From Octopus vulgaris (taxonomy: Eukaryota): 64,000 nt of DNA. The translations under genes and the position numbers were made by a program. This document shows, piece after piece, positions 13,089-26,579 of the stretch. The stretch lies in the NCBI GenBank assembly GCA_951406725.2, contig OX597815.1, forward strand, positions 171,492,001-171,556,000. Reading direction: 5' to 3'. Numbering within the stretch: the stretch's first letter is position 1; every line of letters begins with the position of its first letter. The notes under the pieces were generated by a model, which saw only the letters and a list, made by a program, of their open reading frames with translations, made no database searches and was not told the origin of the DNA.

Positions 13089-13468
13089 AGGGCGGCAAGC
13101 TAGCAGAATCGTAAGCACGCCGTGCAAAATGTTTACCAGCATGCCGTCCATCTTTGCGTTTTGAGTCCAAATTCTGCTGAGGTGGACTTTGTCTTTCATC
13201 CTTTCGGGGTCGATAAATTAAGTACCAGTTGCATTCTGGAGTCGATCTAATCGACTGGGCCCCCTCCCCAAAAATTTCAGGCCTTGTGCTTAGAGCAGAA
13301 AAGATCATTATTATTATTATTATTATTATTATCCGCCAAGGTCGACTTTGCCATTCATCCTTTTGGTTTCGATAAAATAAGTACCAATGAAAGACTGGGG
13401 TCGATGTAATTGACTAGTCCCCTCCCACCCACCCCCTAATTTGAGGCCTTGTGCTTCCAGTAGGAAGG

Positions 13469-13521
<53 letters not shown>

Positions 13522-13645
13522 CCACCAAGGTTGACTTTGCCTTTCATCCTTTCGGGGTTGATTAAAAAAGTACTAGTTACACACTGGGGTCGATGTAATC
13601 GACTTAATCCCCTCCCCAAGTTACCTTTGTAGCAAAAATTTGAAA

Positions 13646-13650
<5 letters not shown>
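13089..13650 (+). mobile_element. SINE family A: one copy plus two 5'-truncated units separated by (ATT)n
   Basis: Units at about 13089-13310, 13333-13470 and 13522-13650; the latter two start at ccgccaaggtcgac / ccaccaaggttgac. Confidence 0.85.
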
Positions 13651-13679
<29 letters not shown>

Positions 13680-13858
13680 CATTATTATTATTATTAATAT
13701 TGAAAGAATGGCAGAATGACAGAAAAATCACATTGGAACGCTCCACCAACTTTCGAATTTATAATGTGTCCCAAAGCTTTAAATGTTAAAAAAAACCATC
13801 ATTTGTATATCTGAATTCTACACACACACACACACACATATCAATAATAAAAATAATG

Positions 13859-13916
<58 letters not shown>

Positions 13917-14154
13917 TGATTACGAAGTAGCATTAGTACTAACTTTAATTATTTTTAATAAATATATCATATATATATATACATATATTTATAACGTGAA
14001 TCATGATTTAAAAGTTACAGACTGCAAATCTTCTCTATCATAGATACCTCGGCAATCATTTCTTCTTAATTTACAATAAACAGCATTTTTGAATTTCATT
14101 GATTACTAGAAAATTAGTCATTTATCAAACGAATACATTCGCGCGTGCACGAGT

Positions 14155-14194
<40 letters not shown>

Positions 14195-14288
14195 ATATAT
14201 AGAGAAACGAGAAAAAGTACTTAATACTAAGCATAGAGTGATATCAATTTTACACGACTTCGAGATTTACCTTTCAGCTTCTATTTAA

Positions 14289-14330
<42 letters not shown>

Positions 14331-14426
14331 TGTGTTCATGTGTGTGTGTGCGTGTGTATGTGTATACATGTGTGCTTGCATGTATGTGTGTGTGTGTTCA
14401 TGTGTATGTGTGTGTACATGCGTGCA

Positions 14427-14741
14427 TGTTGTTTGTTTTGTTTATTCCTTCTCGAGCCATGCCTGGCTCATAAGGGCCGGTTTCCCGGTTTCCTTGGCGT
14501 ATAGATTCCCCACCTGGACGGGACGGCGGTTCGTCGCAGGTGAGCTGCAAGATACAGGAGGAAAGAGTGAGAGAAAGTTGTGGCGAAAGAGTCAGCAGAT
14601 GTTCGCCATTACCTTCTGCCGGAGCCGCGTGGAGCTTAGGTGTTGCGCTCATAAACACACACATCGCCCGGTCTGAGATTCGAACCCGCGATCCCTCGAC
14701 CGCGAGTTCGCTGCTCTAACAACTAGGCCATGTGCCTCCAC
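14427..14741 (-). mobile_element. SINE group C, head H2 plus tail T2
   Basis: tRNA-like head; 11-bp TSD acatgcgtgca (14416-14426 / 14742-14752); sister copy at 26580-26875. Confidence 0.9.
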
Positions 14742-14771
14742 ACATGCGTGCAAGTGTGTTCACTTGCATTA

Positions 14772-14809
<38 letters not shown>

Positions 14810-15258
14810 TGTGTGAGATAAATAATGATTATACCTTCCCAGACCATCCTGTTCAATAAGTCGTCCGTCCAGTCAAATGGAAAAAAATCGTGACCTAGGC
14901 TGAATTTCTATTTACCTAATGTAAAAATATATGCATATCAGACACAACACACTTGTAACACTCGGTTGTATTGAGTATATTTTTGTTTTTATACTACATG
15001 TATCTATGACTATGATTTTTCTTTGAGCTTTATTTAAGTTCTTCTTGAGAGAGTTCAAGCCGGTGGTCAACAAAGCGACAAGACATTTTGAGTTAAAAGA
15101 GTTCCCGGTGTTTGTAAATATGTGGTTGTGTTGGTGTGTTGGTTGACCTGTCAGTGCATACACCCAAGTGTGTGCATTCTTTTCATACACGAATCTCTCA
15201 TGGAGAATTTTCGGAATGTCTTGCAAACTTTGTATATAGTCTAGTGTGTAATCTATGT

Positions 15259-15540
15259 GATCACGTGACCGACCAGGCTGGTCACAATGCGTCTTGGCAT
15301 TGTTTTAGCCTTTAAATGACTCCACCCCGCTGGCTAAGAGAGCAGGCCAACAGAAGAAAGAGAGAGAGAAAGTTGTGGCGAAAGAGTACGGCAGGGATCG
15401 CCACCACCCACTGCCGGAGCCTCGTGGAGCTTTAGGTGTCTTTGCTCAATAAACACTCACAACGCCCGGTCTGGGAATCGAAACCGCGATCCTACGACCG
15501 CGAGTCCGCTGCCCTTACCACTGGGCCATTGCGCCTCCGC
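15259..15540 (-). mobile_element. SINE group C, head H1 plus tail T1
   Basis: 11-bp TSD gtaatctatgt (15248-15258 / 15541-15551). Confidence 0.9.
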
Positions 15541-16109
15541 GTAATCTATGTATGTGTATGAATGTATGGATGTATTTATGTATGCATCCATGTCAGATCA
15601 CTCCTAGCGCTACTGGTAACATATAACCAAGTACAGCCTGTTGCATGGTTAAGCCGTCAGCGACTAACTAGCAACCCTATCAAACCTACTTGGTAGGGAG
15701 GATAGTTTTCGTTGTACACTGTGCAAGATGAAAAACAAGACCTGTCAAAGAACAGATGAACTGGGTTGAGGCAACAAGCATACAACTGGGAATAAGAGAA
15801 CCCAAGTCTTTGTTTAGACATCTCGCTACGAGAATGAAATTCCGAAATAACACCCGCCTCATGGCGAATTTCTTGCTCTTGCAAGTGTCTGGATACTTAG
15901 CTTTGTAGGCGACAGACTTAGTGGTGTCGTACAAGATGTTATTGACTTTAAATTTCAGCTCATAAAGCCACTGATTTCAGTATCTGGGATAGTGGTTTTC
16001 AACCTGCAGTCCGCGGGCTCCCGATGGTCTTGTGTAATCATTCCATCTCTGAACTTCTGGGTAATGTATGTATGTATGTATGCGTATGTGCGTATATATA
16101 TATATATAT

Positions 16110-16388
16110 ATATATAGAAAATAGTAAAAAGTGAAAAAACTACAGAAGGCTTGTTTTAAAAGGTTAAAAAATATATTTGAGTCATTATGTCAGAAGAATG
16201 TTATAAAATTTTTTCATACAGTGACATAGTTTTTGAAGAAATCTCTTTTGAAGAAATTTCTTCAAAAACTATGTCACTGTATGAAAAAATTTTATAACAT
16301 TCTTCTGACATAATGACTCAAATATATTTTTTAACCTATTAAAACAAGCCTTCTGTAGTTTTTTCACTTTTTACTATTTTCTATATAT
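16110..16388. repeat. Near-perfect fold-back inverted repeat (arms about 132 bp, 13-bp spacer) in (TA)n
   Basis: 16110-16242 is the reverse complement of 16256-16388 with one mismatch seen. Confidence 0.95.
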
Positions 16389-16423
16389 TCAACCACGTGC
16401 TTTCACACACCAACTTTCTCAGC

Positions 16424-16482
<59 letters not shown>

Positions 16483-16642
16483 GGAGCAAATAATTCACGA
16501 GGAAAAATAATTCATGAAAAAATCATTTGCGAAGATACCACTGACTCTGTTATCATCTAGTGTAACAATTTAAAAATGATAATAACAGAATCAATAATGT
16601 AAGCAGTTGCAGACTCTAAAAAAAAAAAAAAAAAAGCATTAA

Positions 16643-16769
16643 ATAGCTGAAGAATTAAAATTAATCAAAGGACATACCAAGTAAATCTGCCTGCTGGAAA
16701 TAAGAGTTTTGACTGTTATTTCCATACATATTTGGTATGTCCTTTGATTAATTTTAATCCTTCGGCTAT
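16643..16769. repeat. Inverted repeat with 38-bp arms and an inner hairpin
   Basis: atagctgaagaattaaaattaatcaaaggacataccaa / ttggtatgtcctttgattaattttaatccttcggctat. Confidence 0.9.
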
Positions 16770-16835
16770 ATATATATATGTACACAAAGACACACACACA
16801 CACACATGTATATATATATATATATATATATTAGA

Positions 16836-17116
16836 ATATTAGAAGAAATGAGGTACTCAGAAATTCGGATGGTTTTATATTTACAGATATTGATTTGTAT
16901 ATTACATGTTTTCTATACATCATTTAACTTATATCATATATCATATATTAGCGCTTTCGTCCATTCTGGTGGATTTTTCAAATTGCGTCCATTCTGGTGA
17001 ATCTAGCGCTAATATATGATATAAGTTATATGATGTATAAAAACATGTAATATACAAATAAATATCTGTAATTATAAAACCATCCGAATTTCTGAGTACC
17101 TCATTTCTTCTAATAT
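16836..17116. repeat. Fold-back inverted repeat (arms about 115 bp) with a degenerate HHR at the inversion point
   Basis: 16836-16955 vs 17004-17116; the spacer on the minus strand reads uugaaaaa-ucc-accagaau-ggac-GAAA-GCGC-UA. Confidence 0.9.
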
Positions 17117-17143
17117 AAAATACCTGTACATCATCTCCAAACC

Positions 17144-17149
<6 letters not shown>

Positions 17150-17175
<26 letters not shown>

Positions 17176-17915
17176 CGTATGTATGTATGTGTAAAGTATG
17201 TATTATGTTATGTATCCGTGTGAATGTGTGTATGTTTGTATGTATATGTTTGCAAGTATGTATGAATACATGCATGTATATTTTTATTATGTCTGTATGC
17301 ACGCATATGTGCGTATGTCTGTATGCACACATATGTGCGTATGTATGTGTAGGTATATATGTATGTATGTGTGTATGTATGCATGCATATATGCTTTATG
17401 TATGTATGTTTGTATGTATTGTGTAATATGTATGTGTATATATTATGTTTGTATGTAAGTATGCGTGTATGTATGCAATATATATGCATGTCTGCATGTG
17501 TGCATGCATGTATTTTGCATAAGTATGTGTTATGCTTGTGTGTGTGTTTTATGCATGTATGCAATATGTATGCATATATGTATGTGTGTATGCACATAGG
17601 CATGTGTGTATGCACATAGGCATGTGTGTATGTATGTTTGTATTTATTGTGTATTATGTATATGTATGTATGCATTGTGTATCATATATGTATGTATATA
17701 CGTATGTGTGCATGTATGTATGCATCTATGCATGTATGTATGCATGCATGAATGCATGTACGTATGCCTGTATGTTTGTATGCCTGCATGTATGTATGTA
17801 TGTATGTATGTATGTATGTATGTATGTATGTATGTATGTATGTATGGATGGATGGATGGATGTATGTATGTATGTATGTGTGTGTGTACGTGGGTAGGTA
17901 TGTATGTACGTATGT
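17150..17915. repeat. Degenerate (TATG)n microsatellite
   Basis: Direct reading. Confidence 0.95.
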
Positions 17916-18270
17916 AAGTTTGTAAGTTTGATTGCGAAAATTGAACAATTAGGTTTAACTTATCACGCTTATTTAAAAGTCAGCAAAAAAATGATAATAC
18001 AAATAGCCTACACTCAATAGAATAGTGATTAAGAGAGTGAGTGGCTAAATGAAGAAGCGACTAAATGAAAGAGTAGTTAAATGAAGGAGTGAGTAAATGA
18101 GAGAGTGAGCGGATGAGTGGGTGAGAAAACGTGTGAGTGATTGAGAGCTGCTGTGGATGTCAATAGATGCAATTAATGAGGAAATCGATCAGCAGGAAGC
18201 GTATGATAGCTTGAAAAGAAAAATATATATATTTTACACAGTGAATTAATGACACACAAATACACACATA

Positions 18271-18436
18271 CAGTAGCGTAGCTAGGTGGAATGGAAAGAG
18301 GGGCGGTTCTCCGCAGGAGACTCTTTTGTCGGGACGGCACTTTTGGGTCTGCACGGGCTTATAACCTAGGGTGGGCTGGAGGGACTGATAAACTGAAGAG
18401 CTGCCCTGGGAGGCACACATTCCAGCTACGCCACTG
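18271..18436. mobile_element. hAT-type MITE
   Basis: TIRs cagtagcgtagct / agctacgccactg; 8-bp TSD cacacata / catacata. Confidence 0.8.
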
Positions 18437-19292
18437 CATACATACACAGAGATATATTATTTCAGCTGTTGTAATCGTTACAAGCACACAAACATAAACC
18501 CATATTTAAAACAAAGAGTATTATTTAAGCTATTAATCATCGTCACAAACCAAAGAAAATAAGAATTTAAACGTTTTTAATTCTACACCACAAAGATTAT
18601 AAGAATCCCACTTATTCGTGTTCCTTATTTAGGCGGATGGTAGTGTAGTATTTGACGAAAATATGTTAAAATTCATCTCGGTCTGAATTCAGATCATGAG
18701 GTGTCAGTAATTCGACTAACAAAACTACCTGCTAAATGAATTAGCAGATATGTGGCTGAGTATTCCACAGACACATAAATCCTTAGTGTAATTCCAAATT
18801 ACAGTTAGTGTGATGCAGTGTGATAATGTTGTACCTTTGAATTAAATGTAAAATCAATTCGAAAGGCTTCAATACAATTTCCGTCAACCCGATTTTACTC
18901 ACAAGGTATGGGTCGACCGGAGGGTCGACTATAGAAAGTTACATTTAACGAAGATGCCACGCAGTAGAATCGAACTCGGGTTCACGTGATTGCAAAGCGA
19001 ACTTCATAACCATTTGGTCATATTGCTCCTACAATGCAAATCATACGGTGCCACTCCAGTGTTCGGTCTACCTGGTCATTTACACAGCGCAAACTACAGA
19101 TACTACGGTTGACTGTACGCTAAAGTAACACCGAATATAAAATGCAAGCAAAATTTGGAGCTTTTTAAACGCATAACTATGAATAAAGCATGAACTTTTC
19201 CAAGCTAAACTAATATAAAAAATATATTACACGACGATGATTTTTCCATTAGATAGCAGGAATACAGAAAGCTCCTATACATCGTTATCAGG

Positions 19293-19729
19293 AAGGCGGC
19301 GAGCTGGCAGAAACGATAGCATGCCGGGCGAAATGCCTAGCGGTATTTCGTCTGTCTTTGAGTTCAAATTCCGCCGAGGTCGACTTTGCCTTTCATCCTT
19401 TCGGGATCGATTAAATAAGTGCCAGTTACGCACTGGGGTCGATATAACCGACTTAATCCGTTTGTCTGTCCTTGTTTGTCACCTCTGCGTGTAACCCCTT
19501 GTGGGCAGTAAAGAAATAAGAAACGTTAGCACGCCGGGTTAAATGCTTAGTGGTATTTCGTCTGTTTTTACGTTCTGAGTTCAAATTCCGCCGAGGTCGA
19601 CTTTGCCTTTCATCCTTTCGGGGTCGATAAATTAAGTACCAGTTGCGTACTGAGGTCGATCTAATCGACTGGCCCCCTCCCCCACCCACCCAAAATTTCG
19701 GGCCTTGTGCCTAGAGTAGAAATGGATAT
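19293..19729 (+). mobile_element. SINE family A dimer inserted as one unit
   Basis: 12-bp TSD atcgttatcagg (19281-19292 / 19730-19741) brackets both monomers. Confidence 0.9.
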
Positions 19730-20271
19730 ATCGTTATCAGGTAACGAATGATGTAATCTAAAGATTAGACTTATGATAAGCCAATTCTGCGAAAAAGAAA
19801 CATTATTTCTCTGTATTGTTATTTCCATTTACTACTAAGTTGTTTTCTATCAGAGGGGAAAAGGTCGTAATTTAGGCCGAGGAAAAGGTTATTCAAGTTA
19901 ATCAAACTCAATACTTCATCTCCAAAAGGCAAAGTTGACCTCAGTACAGTTTGAACTTAGTGCATAACGAGCCGTAACGAAAATACTGCAAAGTAATTTG
20001 TTTGACGTTCTAACGATTCTGCATAATGCTAGTTTGCTAGATTCCTAGTGTCCTTCTCAATGATGTGAACACCGTACATGTTCAGATTGCTTCTCTATTA
20101 AATTTTATGCCTTTGTGTGGTTCTTGAAAAGTTCCTGAATCACTTCGGGTGTTACTTTCTGGTCCCAGTCAAGAGATATAATTCTATAGACTTCATTTCA
20201 AAAGCCTTCTTTTAAAAAATTGGCAGGGGAACTCCATCCGATCTAGAGTGAAATTGAATATGTTGGGTGGT

Positions 20272-20607
20272 AGACCCCCTTCAGTCATGAATGACCGTGG
20301 GATTGCACCTAGAAAGTTACCCTCCGAGGCACAAGTCTGGGCAAGGTTGTTTTGTGGAAGGCCAGCAGTCGCCCATGCATACCAGCCTCCCCTCTCCACA
20401 CCACTGATGTTATCCAAGGGAAAGGCAAAGGCCGATACATCTTGGCACCAGTCATGTCGCAACTCATTTCTACAGCTGAGTTAACTGGAGCAACGTGAAA
20501 TAAAGTGTCTTGCTCAAGAACACAACACGCAGTCCGGAGGGGGAATCGAACTCACAACCTCACGATCGTAAGCTCGACGCTCTAACCACCGAGCCATGCG
20601 CCTTCAC
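20272..20607 (-). mobile_element. SINE group C, head H3 plus tail T4
   Basis: Revcomp gtgaaggcgcatggctcggtggttagagcg..gagttcgattcc..ttgtgttcttgagcaagacactttatttcacgttgctccag; its tail is not seen elsewhere in the window. Confidence 0.85.
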
Positions 20608-20647
20608 ATACGTTAGGTATATAAACAATTTTCTCCTAAACACATTT

Positions 20648-21094
20648 GGAGTAACGAGATGAAGCCCTATTAATTTATCGAAACAACTCCAATTTCGAAC
20701 AATATCAAACTTATAGATCCTACGGTCGTTTCCGTGCCCAACTAATTCAAATTAGAAAAATTAATTTAGTGATTCATAAGGAATATAGTTAATTGAACAT
20801 TTCATCAGGATCAGAACTTGAAAAAGGAACAACATTAGAAATTCCTGAAAGCACATATATGAATTTAATGCTGAGTTTACCAATGATATATCAACACATT
20901 GGCATATATTTCTTTTTACTATCAAGTTCTGACCCTGACGAAATGTTCAATTAACTAAATTCATTATGAATCTCTAATTTAATTTTTCTAATTTGAGTTA
21001 ATTGGGTATTGAAACGATCTTAGAATTTAGGAGTTTGATATTGTTCGAAATTGGATTTGTTTCAATAAATTGATGTCTGCATATCAATTTCTCC
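20648..21094. mobile_element. Old palindromic (fold-back) MITE-like element
   Basis: About 20670-20825 is an imperfect reverse complement of about 20915-21074 (e.g. aattgaacatttcatcaggatcagaacttga / tcaagttctgaccctgacgaaatgttcaatt). Confidence 0.75.
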
Positions 21095-21299
21095 ATTTTC
21101 TTTTTCTTATACATAAATGGTAATATAACCATATCCATCAATGTGAAACTAACATCTTTTGATATTTCACTGATACACTGAATAAAACCGGGGAACCTGG
21201 ATGCTGACATCCCTCTAAGAGGTATTCATATCCACGAAATAATTATTATATATCGTTGCTATTATGCAAAAGTGTTGTAAGTCCAAAACGTTGCGTTTT

Positions 21300-23085
21300 C
21301 AGAGAACGAAAAAATAGTTTCACAAGAATAGAAAAGTTCTTAACCAAAACAGAAGAGTACATTAGTGTACTTCTCATGCCAGATTTCAACCTGCCCAATG
21401 TGAAATGGCCCGAGGGCCTTTTTCCCTCAGGAATGACGTGATATGAGCAAATTCAGGTAGAATCCCTACTCAACCTCACCAACAATTTATATATGGAGCA
21501 AATAATACTCCAACTAACCAGGACAAACAATATACTTGATCTATGCTTCGCAAACAATGTGGATCTCATCCATAATGTGAAAGTGACACCGACGCTAATC
21601 TCGGATCACAACATAATAGAGCTGACCAAAGGAACCCACAGACATGCAGCCTATGAGAAGCACCCAAAACCTATCCAGTCTGAAGTACCACAAAGCAGAC
21701 TGGAAATCAATTGAGAAGGAGATCACCAAAGAGGACTGGTTCCAATGTCTCTCTCTATATCCGACAGAGACATGAAATTGAAAACTTTCATGTCCGTGCT
21801 ACAATTTTTTTCCCAGGGAGAAAAGACTATGCACCAAAAAAAAAAAAAACAAGATTCCCAAGGAGAGGAAAGTTCTTATGAGACGGCGTACAAAGATTGC
21901 AAAGCGCCTCAACAGAGAACTCAACGACTGTGAAAAACCCCGCCTGGAAACAACACCACTGGAGATTGAGAAACAACTGAAGCAGTCCCATGAGAAAGAA
22001 AGACACAGAGAAGCCTAGATTATAAGAAATATAAAATCAGACCGTAAAGCCTTCCTTAAGTACTCTAATGGGACTGTCTCTGTGCATTGCAGGGTAAGGC
22101 CACTCCTTCAAAAAGTTGGCTCCCTCACGGGAAACCCAATGAGGATAACAGAAACATTGAATGAACAGTTCCAAAGTGTCTTCTTATGGCACATGCAAGT
22201 TATCAAACCTTTAGAACTCTTTACTGCTACAGAATCTGAACGGGAAGCAGTAACAATTGATTACATCAACATCAAAGAAAAGGATGTAATGCTAGCAATA
22301 GATGGTATAGATGCAAACTCAGCTGCTCGTCCAGATGGATTCCAAGCAATCCTCCTCAAGTCGTGCATATGAGTCCTTGCAAAATCTTTGCAACTACTTT
22401 TCCAAATCTTTCTTGCAAATGGTAAGCGCCCGGCCAAACTAAAGGCGGGAATAGCCTATCCATAAATGAGGAAGCAGAGCAGATGCTAAAAACTATAGGG
22501 CTATCTCTCTAACCTCACACGTCAGCAAAGTCATGGACGAATAGTCCGAAGGAAATTAATGGCATTCCTTGAAGAGAATGACTTGCTGACTGACAGAACC
22601 CTGGAGGCGTTGTGCATCTACAACGAGAGTTGGACGCAATATACAGGTGAGCTGGGGAAAATAACATGCAGTTTAATGCTGGAAAATTCAAAGCCCTGCG
22701 CTACCGACACAGGAAACTCAATGAAAAGCAGATAGGATAAACTGGCTCAGGAAGGATTCCAATCCCCGAATCAAAATCAGTGCGTGACCTGGGCATCGGC
22801 ATGAGTAATGATGCATCTTTCCAAGTGCACGTTACTAAGTTGGCAATAAAATGTAGACATCTGGCCGGGTGGATCCTTCGAACTTTCAAAACAAGGGAAA
22901 AGGAAACCATGATGGCCTCTGGAGGACTTTCGTTCTCAGCCGTCTGGACTACTGCTCCCAGCGAAGCTACACAAAGAAGATCTATACAGTGCGACATATC
23001 AGCTACTGGAAGAGACTGAAAGAGTTAAGACTCTCCTCACTGGAACGAAGGCAGGAAAGATATGCAATAACATATATTGGAAAAT
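21300..23085 (+). pseudogene. CR1-like LINE ORF2 relic (APE end, linker, RT flanks) with the RT core deleted
   Basis: DFNLPNVKW; TRTNNILDLCF..SDHNII; SAARPDGF..ILLKSC; NYRAISLTSHVSK; MQFNAGKFKALRY; VRDLGI; SRLDYCSQ; SYWKRLKELRLSSLERRQERY; many stops and frameshifts. Confidence 0.88.
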
Positions 23086-23344
23086 CCACCAAATGTCACA
23101 TATCAGAGGCAGTTAAGTGAGTGAGTAGTAAAGTAAGTGGCGGTGCCCCAGCATGGCCGCAGTACTTGGACTGACACTAAAAGAATATATATATATATAT
23201 ATATAATATATAATTTTTTTGCTGAACCCTAATTATATAAAGTAATGTTTAAATTTACCGTAAATGGTCCTTTTACATACTGAACACTGCTTGGTAAAAT
23301 TATTAATTACTAATTAATTAATTAATTTTACCCTTATTATTATT

Positions 23345-23382
<38 letters not shown>

Positions 23383-24174
23383 CGATGAAGTGTTGCTCTC
23401 ACATCTGGGACGGTGCTGCTATAGAATATCCATACATCCTAGGTCAACGTTCAATAAACAGCTACCTGACTAACAAGCATTAAATCACTCAGGCACACAT
23501 CGGCTTCACGCCCACAGCTGTGCTGATACCTCCCTGATTATTTTCTATTGCTACTATAAGTTTCTTCTTCCCGAAGACAGCGGGACCCAAACCACTTACA
23601 CTAAGGCATTGATGGCCCACTCATATCCTCTTCTCATCACACATGTTACACCTACCCCTACTCTCAGGCCTCGCACTAATCACTACACTTAATATTTTCT
23701 TCACAGAACGTCGACCCTGTATTTCCTTCTTATCTGGGTGTGAAAGAAAGAAATATCCATAACTCTCCTTAATTTGTGATGAATACGAAACATTTTGTTA
23801 CAATTCAAATTGTCTTCTTGGGTCAAAAGTGGCAACAGAGGTCATTTATTTGGGCAAGGGCTTTAGTGTTGTTGTGAATAAAATGCGGTTTCATCGATCT
23901 TGATAGGATAAGAGTCCATTCAACTGACCGGATACTGTGAAATATCCCAATTCTCGTAAATCAGAGAGAGAGAATGCGGGTGGTTAAATGTGGGTATATA
24001 GATTTACGTGCAGAGTCCTTCGAGCGGTCGATATTCATATGCAAGGTAAGAACTTAGACGTTTATTTACATTTTAGTAATTAACTATCTAATTAAATAAA
24101 TTCAAGATTTCACACTAGTGAAGCCGATTTACATCAGTGTAAACCTATGTGAAACCGATTTACATCGGTGACCC

Positions 24175-24288
<114 letters not shown>

Positions 24289-24708
24289 GGTAAACTGTGG
24301 TGTAATTTGTAGAAAACGAAATAAATTTTTGTAACGTTCATAGCTGTAATTGAAATAGCATCACTCGCCATATGCTAAATAAGGTTCTAATATGCTTGTT
24401 TGACTTTAACCTTACACTGCTTACAATAAACAAAGATGATGTAACACCTTTCTGTTTCATCTTTCGTTTCTCATTATTAAGGGTTTCGTGCTGACAATTC
24501 AACATAATTTAAAACCAATTTCCTTTTTACAGTTCTTGTACCTACTCTTAAGTTCACATATATGCACATAGTGTTACAGTGCACATTACCTCTTCTTTTC
24601 CTTATTATCAGTAGCTTCTGTATCATTTCGAACAACAGTGACAAGTTGTTATACACTATTATCAACTATTCTTCATATAAATTTTATTCTGCAGTATAGT
24701 TTGATTAT

Positions 24709-24959
24709 GTGGAGGCACGTGGCTTAGTGGTTAGGGTGTCAGCATCATGATCGTAAGATTGTGGTTTCGATTCCTGGACCGAGTGACGCGTTGTGTTCTT
24801 GAGCAAAACACTCATTTCACCTTGCTCCAGTCCACTCAGCTGGCAAAAATGAGTAACGCTGCGATGGACTGGCGTCCCGTCTAGCTGGGGAACACATACG
24901 CCATAGAAACCGGGCCCATGAGCCAGGTTAGGCTTTAAAAAGGAGGCATTTAATTTTTT
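24709..24959 (+). mobile_element. SINE group C, head H3 plus tail T2
   Basis: 14-bp TSD tatagtttgattat; A-box tggcttagtgg, B-box ggtttcgattcc. Confidence 0.9.
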
Positions 24960-25623
24960 TATAGTTTGATTATATTGCACTTTATGCTATATTATTCTTT
25001 AACAAAACGTATTTCAAAAAATAACTGATAGCGACACAAGCGGCATTACTACCAAAAGGTAAAATTTATCCCCACTTAAAAGAGGATGTTTTAGAACACA
25101 GAATACTGCGATAGTTACCATGAGAGAACTTCTTATATGAATTTCTAGTGCGCATAAGCACTCTTGTTTATATCGCCAGCAGGAGATAATCAACCACCAT
25201 CGCCGCTACCGGGGCTATTTTATAGAAGTCATTGTTTGGTAGGGTTATAGTTTTAGAGGTAGGAAAGATTAAAGGACTAGAATTTCTTTGTTGCAGTTTC
25301 ACTGAATGAAGAATTTATCTGTTTCAGTTTCTTTGATAATAAGTAAATCCATTGTGTACAGAAAGAATTTATTCCTGTACACTGAGCAACATGTTTAACA
25401 AACTACACTAGTCTCTGTGTTGCGAATGTTTGTGTGTGAATTGATAAATGGTTGCAGAGAAATCTCCGGTGATATCTTTCAAAGAAATCACTTGACAATG
25501 ATAACCCTATGATCACGACTAGATAAATAGCTCATAAATAGCTCTAAATATTCTGCAGAAGGGAGCGCGGGGTATGTACAAATATGTAATATAATTATAA
25601 TGCTGATGGTGGAGAGCTGGTTA

Positions 25624-25853
25624 AAGGCGGCGAGCTGGCAGAAACGTTAGCACGCTGGACGAAAAGTTTTGCGGTATTTCGTCTGCCGCTACGTCCTGAG
25701 TACAAATTCCACCGAGGTTGACTTTGCCTTTCATCCTTTCGGGGTCGATTAAATAAGTACCAATTACGCACTGGGGTCGATCCGTTTTTCTGTCCTTGTT
25801 TGTCTTCTCTGTGTTTAGCCCCTTGTGGGTAGTAAAGAAATAGAAATAGGTAT
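25624..25853 (+). mobile_element. SINE family A
   Basis: TSD agagctggtta / agagttggtta; ends in aaataggtat, the start of a second unit. Confidence 0.9.
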
Positions 25854-26579
25854 AGAGTTGGTTATAGCCAGATTGGTTTATAACTTCTCTGAATTGTAAA
25901 GCATCATAAGATATCGGTGTGTGTGTGTCGTAAAGTTTACCTAGCTAATGCATATTGCTTTCTCGTTGTTCAGTGCAGGTAGATTTCAAGCTTAATAATG
26001 TTCTAATGTAATTTCTTAACGTGGAGGTAGGAATTAACGTTTCTACAGTGAAACATAAAGAACCAATATATTAGATTTAACTTACAAATAATCCATTCAG
26101 CCGGTCCACATGTACATCGCTTTTCCAAACTACAAAACATTTTTAGTATCTGCTAGGCAAATAAAAGGATTTGCTTGTTTACGTGTACAAACATAATCAA
26201 TTCAATAGCTAAGTAATAGTATATTGATTTTGGCAGCGGAGGAGGGATGTCTATTTGTATTTATTTATTATTTTTATTTTTATTTTTTGACGACTGTTTG
26301 TTTAATTACAAGACTAATATTTCTAGTGTTGGTTGAGTAGATGATAGCAACATCAAAGTTGGAACTTCTGCGTGGTCACTGAACTTTCGAGAAATAGTAG
26401 CAAAACCTCCATCAAATTGCACACACTGTAGTCTTTAAAAAGCGAAGTACACGCTAAGGAATACCTTAAAACGACGGTAACGTAACCGCTAAACTATCTT
26501 CGACCAGAGATAAGCTCGATCGTGGTTGTCTGGTGGTTAAACAACAACAGTAACAAGTGATTCTTATTTTCATGATACA

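Noticed and set aside
15600-15960. Possible exon or LINE 5' UTR
   Set aside because: No motif that I can assign with confidence
20800-20945. CTGATGA / CTGACGA hits
   Set aside because: They lie within the arms of a palindromic MITE and lack stem II-GAAA geometry
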